Below are positions 57,983 through 64,000 of a stretch of 64,000 nucleotides of DNA, one piece after another. How positions within the stretch are numbered: the stretch's first letter is position 1; each line of letters starts with the position of its first letter. This DNA is from Nitrosopumilus sp. Its GTDB lineage: Archaea > Thermoproteota > Nitrososphaeria > Nitrososphaerales > Nitrosopumilaceae. Under the pieces are notes generated by a model. The model was not told where the DNA came from. It was given only the letters and a program-made list of their open reading frames with translations, and did not search any database. The position numbers were made by a program, and so were the translations under genes. The DNA is taken from the NCBI GenBank assembly GCA_965219345.1, contig OZ244732.1, positions 128,001 through 192,000 of the forward strand, read 5' to 3'.

Positions 57983-60900
57983 CTATCCTACTATTGATTC
58001 TACCCAGCCGCGCTCCATCAATGGCTGTACCGAGCGGTCAAGGAGGCAGGCAAGATCATCTCTCAGGTTCTTGACCATCGTAAAGCCAGGCTTGCATTCC
58101 ATGTCGCCTTTGGATACGTCGCTGCTACTACCGGACTGGGACTGGGATGTGGACTTTGGCGTATCTGACATGTCATCGTCATCATCATCGTCATATGTCT
58201 TCTCGCCAACGCACTGCTTTATGGCAATGCTTTCGTTTCTAATGTTGCTGTCCCGTCCCGCTATGTCCACCAGCAGTATGCCAAGGTATGTCTCGGAAGG
58301 CCCTATGTGGGATGTGAATACCTTGCTGCCGGGTATGCTTTCATCGGATAAACTGGCCTCGGCCAGGCCGCCAATGGAGGTTCTGACGGATACCGACAGC
58401 GTAGACGAGTCATCACCGGTTATTATTCTGACTAGGCCCGTCTCACAGTTCCATGAAACGCCGTAAAGTTCAATGTCGGACAGGGGTTCTCCTCCTCCGC
58501 CTGTACTGACGCCGGTACGGCCGCCGCCACCACCGCCGCCACCGCCGCTTCTGCCGCTCTTTTCGGGCTTTCTTTCCGGTTCAGGTTCTGGTTCCTCCGT
58601 ATCATCCACAATGGTAACTGTTGTATCAATGTCACCTGACTGTGCAATGTTGTTTGTAACTGTAGTTGCCGCAAAGCTGGCAAGCGAGTTTGGCTGTGAG
58701 AATAGCATAAATGGCTCGGGCAGTGTGTACTGGTATACGGCACTGTTGTCAATGCCTGCGACAAACATCCTGGTACCGTCGTTAGAGAAGGCCAGTCCTC
58801 GCGGGGATGACTCTTGTGAACCTACCGGGAAGGAGCCGGCATGGGAGACATCCGATGTGCCGGTGACATTGGATATGTCAAATGGGGCGGGTAGCGCGTA
58901 CTGGTGTACGGCATCGTTAACGCTGCCTATGACAAACATGCTGGTTCCGTTAGCAGAGAAGGCCAGGCCCCGCGGGGAGTTGTCTTGTGAAAGTACTGAG
59001 AAGGAGATGTCGTCATAGGAGGCAGTGGATACGTCAAAGGGGGCGGACAAATCGTACTGGTGTACGGCATCACTCTGTTCACCCACTACAAACATCCTGT
59101 GTCCGTCGTTGGAGAAGGCCACGTCTCGCGGGAATATGTCCTGTGAACCTACCGGGAAGGAGCCGGCAAGGGTGACATTGGATACGCCGGTGACATTGGA
59201 TATGTCAAATGGGGCGGGTAGCGCGTACTGGTATACGGCATCGTTACCGCTGCCTATGACAAACATGCTGGTTCCGTTAGCAGAGAAGGCCAGGCCGTTT
59301 GGGGTTGTGTCCTGTGAACCTACCAGTAAACGGGCGACATGGGAGACATCCGATGTGCCGGTGACATTGGATATGTCAAATGGGGCGGGTAGCGCGTACT
59401 GGTGTACGGCATCGTTACCGCTGCCTATGACAAACATGCTGGTTCCGTTAGCAGAGAAGGCCAGGCCGTTTGGCGTTGGGTCTTGTGAACGTACCGAGAA
59501 GGAGCCGTCAGGGAAGGCAGAAGCGGCAGGAATGTCATCTATGCTGCCCGTGGTTTTGTCGTATGCCAGGAGGATGACATCGTCATGATCAAGCGTATCA
59601 TTGAGGGTAAGGGTGACCGTGTCTGCGGCGGCCGTGATTCCAGTTACGGTTGGGTCTGTGGATATGTCGCCGGACAGCACAAAGTCTCCGGGTGCCGCAC
59701 CGTTTATTGTAACGTCTTTGGACAGCACGATATCAATTGCCGATGTGCCGGCAGTTGCAACGGAGGACACGGTCAGCGTTGGCGGAACGGTGTCATCCGG
59801 CAGCGGGGTGGTGTCATCCGGCAGCGGGGTGGTGTCAGTAAAGGTCTGGCTCGCTGCAGAGTTTGATGCGCTGTTAACCACGGTGCCAGGTGGAGCGGTA
59901 TAGGTTATAGCTGGAGCATCGGATGCCGTGATGCCGGAGACGGTAAGGGTTATGGTGTTGTCCGTACCGGCGGGATTGGTGTTTGCCGTCACTTGTCCGA
60001 CGGAGAGGGTGAATCCGGTGCCGTCTGTGGTTGTGACGTCTATGTTCTCGCTGTACGTCAGGAGTATCTCGGTAGCCGAGGTCACGGCGGCCGCGGTGAT
60101 TTCCGGTGGAACGGTATCATCTATTGGGGGATCAGTGCCATCCGGTGGTGATGGCGATGCAATGTTGTTTGTAACTGAAATTGCCTCAAAGCTGGCAAGC
60201 GAGTTTGGCTGCGGAAGCAAGGTAAACGGCTCGGACAGCGCGTACTGGTGTACGTTCGCGCCATCAAAACCCAGGACAAACATGCCGGTACCGTCACCGG
60301 AGAAGGCCAGGCCTGCCGGGGATGAGTCCTGTGATTCCACGGAGAAGGAGCTATCAATGGTGGCAGACGATACGTCAAAGGCGGTGGTTAATGCGTATTC
60401 GTGAACCGAGTCACTGCTGGAACCCACTACAAACATCTTTGTTCCGTCAGCAGAGAAGGCCAGGCCCCGCGGGGATGAGTCCTGTGATTCCACGGAGAAG
60501 GAGCTATCAATGGTGGCAGACGATACGTCAAAGGCGGAGGTTAATGCGTATTCGTGAACCGAGGCACTGCTGGAACCCACGACAAACATCTTTGTTCCGT
60601 CAGCAGAGAAGGCCAGGCCCCGCGGGGATGAGTCCTGTGATTCCACGGAGAAGGAGCTGTCAAAGGAGGCAGACGATACGTCAAAGGCGGAGGTTAATGC
60701 GTATTCGTGAACCGAGGCACTGCTGGAACCCACGACAAACATCTTTGTTCCGTCAGCAGAGAAGGCCAGGCCCCGCGGGGATGTGTCCTGTGAGCCTACC
60801 AGGAAACGGTCGACATGGGAGACATCCGATGTGCCGGTGACATTGGACACGTCAAATGGGGCGGCCAATGTGTACTCGTATACGGCATTGAAGTTATTGC

Positions 60901-63900
60901 CCGTGACGAACATCCTTGTTCCGTCAGCAGAGAAGGCCAGGCCGTTTGGTGTTGGGTCTTGTGAACGTACCGAGAAGGAGCCGTCAGGGAAGGCAGAAGC
61001 GGCAGGAATGTCATCTATGCTGCCCGTGGTTCTGGTGTATGCCAGGAGGATGACATCGTCATGATCAAGCGTATCATTGAGGGTAAGGGTGACCGTGTCT
61101 GCGGCGGCCGTGATTCCAGTTACGGTTGGGTCTGCGGATATGGTGCCGGACAGCACAAAGTCTCCGGGTGCCGCACCGTTTATTGTAACGTCTTTGGACA
61201 GCACGATATCAATTGCCGATGTGCCGGCAGTTGCAACGGAGGACACGGTCAGCGTTGGCGGAACGGTGTCATCCGGCAGCGGGGTGGTGTCATCTGGCAG
61301 CGGGGTGGTGTCAGTAAAGGTCTGGTTTGCTGCAGGGTTTAATGCGCTGTCAACCACGGTGCCAGGTGGAGCGGTATAGGTTATAGCTGGAGTATCGGAT
61401 GCCGTGATGCCGGAGACGGTGAGGGTTATGGTGTTGTCCGTACCGGCGGGATTGGTGTTTGCCGTCACTTGCCCGACGGAGAGGGTGAATCCCTGGCCGT
61501 CTGTGGTTGTGACGTCTATGTCCTCGCTGTACGTCAGGGTTATCTCGGTAAGGGAGGTCACGGCAGCTGCGGTAATTGCTGGGGCAACGGTATCTGATGA
61601 AATGTTGTTTGTGACCAGGGTTGCCGCAAAGCTGGCAAGCGAGTTTGGCTGTGAGAATAGCGTAAACGGCTCGGGCAGCGCGTACTGGTGTACGTTCGCG
61701 CCATCAAAACCCAGGACAAACATGCCGGTACCGTCACCGGAGAAGGCCAGGCCTGCCGGGGATGAGTCCTGTGATTCCACGGAGAAGGAGCTGTCAAAGG
61801 AGGCAGTAGATACGTCAAAGGCGGAGGTTAATGCGTATTCGTGAACCGAGGCACTGCTGGAACCCACGACAAACATCTTTGTTCCGTCAGCAGAGAAGGC
61901 CAGGCCCCGCGGGGATGTGTCCTGTGATTCCACGGAGAAGGAGCTGTCAATGGTGGCAGTAGATACGTCAAAGGCGGAGGTTAATGCGTATTCGTGAACC
62001 GAGGCACTGCTGGAACCCACGACAAACATCTTTGTTCCGTCAGCAGAGAAGGCCAGGCCCCGCGGGGATGAGTCCTGTGATTCCACGGAGAAGGAGCTGT
62101 CAATGGTGGCAGTAGATACGTCAAAGGCGGTGGTTAATGCGTATTCGTGAACCGAGTCACTGCTGGAACCCACTACAAACATCTTTGTTCCGTTGGCAGA
62201 GAAGGCCAGGCCCCGCGGGGATGATTCCTGTGAGTCTACCAGGAAACGGTCGACATGGGAGACATCCGATGTGCCGGTGACATTGGACACGTCAAATGGG
62301 GCGGCCAATGTGTACTGGTATACGGCATTGAAGTTATTGCCCGTGACGAACATCCTTGTTCCGTCAGCAGAGAAGGCCAGGCCGTTTGGCGTTGGGTCTT
62401 GTGAACGTACCGAGAAGGAGCCGTCAGGGAAGGCAGAAGCGGCAGGAATGTCATCTATGCTGCCCGTGGTTCTGGTGTATGCCAGGAGGATGACATCGTC
62501 ATGATCAAGCGTATCATTGAGGGTAAGGGTGACCGTGTCTGCGGCGGCCGTGATTCCAGTTACGGTTGGGTCTGAGGATATGGTGCCGGACAGCACAAAG
62601 TCTCCGGGTGCCGCACCGTTTATTGTAACGTCTTTGGACAGCACGATGTCAATTGCCGATGTGCCGGCAGTTGCAACGGAGGACACGGTCAGCGTTGGCG
62701 GAACGGTGTCATCCGGCAGCGGGGTGGTGTCATCTGGCAGCGGGGTGGTGTCAGTAAAGGTCTGGTTTGCTGCAGGGTTTAATGCGCTGTCAACCACGGT
62801 GCCAGGTGGAGCGGTATAGGTTATAGCTGGAGTATCGGATGCCGTGATGCCGGAGACGGTGAGGGTTATGGTGTTGTCCGTACCGGCGGGATTGGTGTTT
62901 GCCGTCACTTGTCCGACGGAGAGGATGAATCCCTGGCCGTCTGTGGTTGTGACGTCTATGTTCTCGCTGTACGTCAGGAGTATCTCGGTAAGGGAGGTCA
63001 CGGCGGCCGCGGTGATTGTTGGCGGGGTGTCATCCGGCAGCGGGGTGGTGCCAGTAAAGGTCTGGTCTGCCGCCTGGTTTGATGCGGTGTCTGTCACGGT
63101 GCCAGGTGGAGCGGTATAGGTTATAGCTGGAGCATCGGATGCCGTGATGCCGGAGACGGTAAGGGTTATGGTGTTGCCCGTACCGGCGGGATTGGTGTTT
63201 GCCGTCACCGTTCCTCCGTCAGAGAGGGCGAATCCGGTGCCGTCTGTGGTTGTGACGTCTATGTCCTCGCTGTACGTCAGGGTTATCTCGGTAAGGGAGG
63301 TCACGGCAGCCGCGATGATTTCCGGTGGAACGGTATCATCTATTGGGGGATCAATGTCATCCGGTGGTGGCGATCCAATGTTGTTTGTGACCAGGGTTGC
63401 CTCAAAGCTGGCAAGCGAGTTTGGCTGTTGGAATAGCGTAAATGGTTCAGATAGCGCGTACTGGTGTACGTTCTCGCTGTCACTACCCAAGACAAATATC
63501 CTCGTTCCGTCAGCAGAGAAGGCCAGGCCCCGCGGGAATCTGTCTTGTGATGTCACTGAGAAAGAGTCGACAAAGGTGGCAGTGGACACGTCAAAGGGGG
63601 CGGTTAGTGCGTACCCGTATACGGCACCGTTGATACTACCCACTACAAACATCCTCGTTCCGTCAGCAGAGAAGGTTAGGCCCTGCGTGGATCTGTCTTG
63701 TGATGCCACTGGGAAAGAGTCGACAAAGGTGACATCCGATGTGCCGGCGACATTCGATACGTCAAAGGGGGCGGATAGCGTGTACTCGTTTATGTCATCG
63801 CCAGCACCGCCCAAGACAAACATCTTTGTTCCGTCACCAGAGAAGGCCATGTCTAGCGGGAGTATGTCTTGTGATGCCACTGAGAAAGAGTCGACAAAGG

Positions 63901-64000
63901 CGGCGGTGGACACGTCAAAGGCGGCGGTTAGTGTGTACTCGTTTATGTTATTGTCGAAACTACCCACAACAAACATCTTTGTTCCGTCGTTGGAGAAGGC
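57983..64000 (-). CDS. Giant repetitive surface protein (beta-propeller blades plus Ig-like domains), 5'-partial
   Basis: Frame open to window end; many GLAFSxDGTKMFV blades; C-terminal C...AC...LMERGW motif; GC-rich. Confidence 0.85.
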   Translation of the reverse strand, partial: AFSNDGTKMFVVGSFDNNINEYTLTAAFDVSTAAFVDSFSVASQDILPLDMAFSGDGTKMFVLGGAGDDINEYTLSAPFDVSNVAGTSDVTFVDSFPVASQDRSTQGLTFSADGTRMFVVGSINGAVYGYALTAPFDVSTATFVDSFSVTSQDRFPRGLAFSADGTRIFVLGSDSENVHQYALSEPFTLFQQPNSLASFEATLVTNNIGSPPPDDIDPPIDDTVPPEIIAAAVTSLTEITLTYSEDIDVTTTDGTGFALSDGGTVTANTNPAGTGNTITLTVSGITASDAPAITYTAPPGTVTDTASNQAADQTFTGTTPLPDDTPPTITAAAVTSLTEILLTYSENIDVTTTDGQGFILSVGQVTANTNPAGTDNTITLTVSGITASDTPAITYTAPPGTVVDSALNPAANQTFTDTTPLPDDTTPLPDDTVPPTLTVSSVATAGTSAIDIVLSKDVTINGAAPGDFVLSGTISSDPTVTGITAAADTVTLTLNDTLDHDDVILLAYTRTTGSIDDIPAASAFPDGSFSVRSQDPTPNGLAFSADGTRMFVTGNNFNAVYQYTLAAPFDVSNVTGTSDVSHVDRFLVDSQESSPRGLAFSANGTKMFVVGSSSDSVHEYALTTAFDVSTATIDSSFSVESQDSSPRGLAFSADGTKMFVVGSSSASVHEYALTSAFDVSTATIDSSFSVESQDTSPRGLAFSADGTKMFVVGSSSASVHEYALTSAFDVSTASFDSSFSVESQDSSPAGLAFSGDGTGMFVLGFDGANVHQYALPEPFTLFSQPNSLASFAATLVTNNISSDTVAPAITAAAVTSLTEITLTYSEDIDVTTTDGQGFTLSVGQVTANTNPAGTDNTITLTVSGITASDTPAITYTAPPGTVVDSALNPAANQTFTDTTPLPDDTTPLPDDTVPPTLTVSSVATAGTSAIDIVLSKDVTINGAAPGDFVLSGTISADPTVTGITAAADTVTLTLNDTLDHDDVILLAYTRTTGSIDDIPAASAFPDGSFSVRSQDPTPNGLAFSADGTRMFVTGNNFNAVYEYTLAAPFDVSNVTGTSDVSHVDRFLVGSQDTSPRGLAFSADGTKMFVVGSSSASVHEYALTSAFDVSSASFDSSFSVESQDSSPRGLAFSADGTKMFVVGSSSASVHEYALTSAFDVSSATIDSSFSVESQDSSPRGLAFSADGTKMFVVGSSSDSVHEYALTTAFDVSSATIDSSFSVESQDSSPAGLAFSGDGTGMFVLGFDGANVHQYALSEPFTLLPQPNSLASFEAISVTNNIASPSPPDGTDPPIDDTVPPEITAAAVTSATEILLTYSENIDVTTTDGTGFTLSVGQVTANTNPAGTDNTITLTVSGITASDAPAITYTAPPGTVVNSASNSAASQTFTDTTPLPDDTTPLPDDTVPPTLTVSSVATAGTSAIDIVLSKDVTINGAAPGDFVLSGDISTDPTVTGITAAADTVTLTLNDTLDHDDVILLAYDKTTGSIDDIPAASAFPDGSFSVRSQDPTPNGLAFSANGTSMFVIGSGNDAVHQYALPAPFDISNVTGTSDVSHVARLLVGSQDTTPNGLAFSANGTSMFVIGSGNDAVYQYALPAPFDISNVTGVSNVTLAGSFPVGSQDIFPRDVAFSNDGHRMFVVGEQSDAVHQYDLSAPFDVSTASYDDISFSVLSQDNSPRGLAFSANGTSMFVIGSVNDAVHQYALPAPFDISNVTGTSDVSHAGSFPVGSQESSPRGLAFSNDGTRMFVAGIDNSAVYQYTLPEPFMLFSQPNSLASFAATTVTNNIAQSGDIDTTVTIVDDTEEPEPEPERKPEKSGRSGGGGGGGGGRTGVSTGGGGEPLSDIELYGVSWNCETGLVRIITGDDSSTLSVSVRTSIGGLAEASLSDESIPGSKVFTSHIGPSETYLGILLVDIAGRDSNIRNESIAIKQCVGEKTYDDDDDDDMSDTPKSTSQSQSGSSSDVSKGDMECKPGFTMVKNLRDDLACLLDRSVQPLMERGWVESIVG
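59450..63300 (-). repeat. Nested repeats in the giant gene: ~1440/1476-bp modules containing 153-bp blade repeats
   Basis: Same segment at 59501, 60977 and 62417; blade offset 60451 to 60604. Confidence 0.9.

Noticed and set aside
57843-63633. Many plus-strand and alternate-frame ORFs over the giant gene
   Set aside because: Expected shadows of a GC-rich repetitive CDS; no independent motifs.

Overview
AT-rich archaeal DNA whose core genes point to a Nitrosopumilus-like ammonia-oxidising thaumarchaeon. Bases 1 to ~24.3 kb are an accessory defence/mobile island. Its most striking part is a pair of convergent operons. Rightward: P-loop ATPase, unknown protein, SF2 helicase, DUF1998-type Zn-binding protein and PLD-like nuclease, resembling DpdH-I-J-K and DISARM DrmA-B-C. 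Leftward: beta-CASP/MBL hydrolase, a short TGT-fold (DpdA-like) guanine transglycosylase, and a translationally coupled extra PCNA sliding clamp fused to a C-terminal winged-helix-like domain. I propose this is an undescribed archaeal 7-deazaguanine DNA-modification/restriction system with its own sliding clamp (inference, not demonstrated). The island also holds TPR/HEPN and PIN genes, a chain of coupled micro-ORFs, a CARF-like wHTH regulator, an SRA-like reader and resolvase-like nucleases. From 24.3 to 55.2 kb is mostly core: leuS, alaS, ribosomal protein clusters, spt5, secE, pckA, sod, ftsY, argF, secY, adk, cmk, cbf5 and an intron-containing tRNA-Ser. A 2-kb integrase remnant bounded by 13-bp direct repeats sits between argF and rpl18. 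After a tRNA 3'-end fragment (~56.5 kb) come a TBP pseudogene and an abrupt switch to GC-rich DNA encoding a giant repetitive beta-propeller surface protein that runs off the window. All family assignments come from motif recognition by eye, not from database searches.
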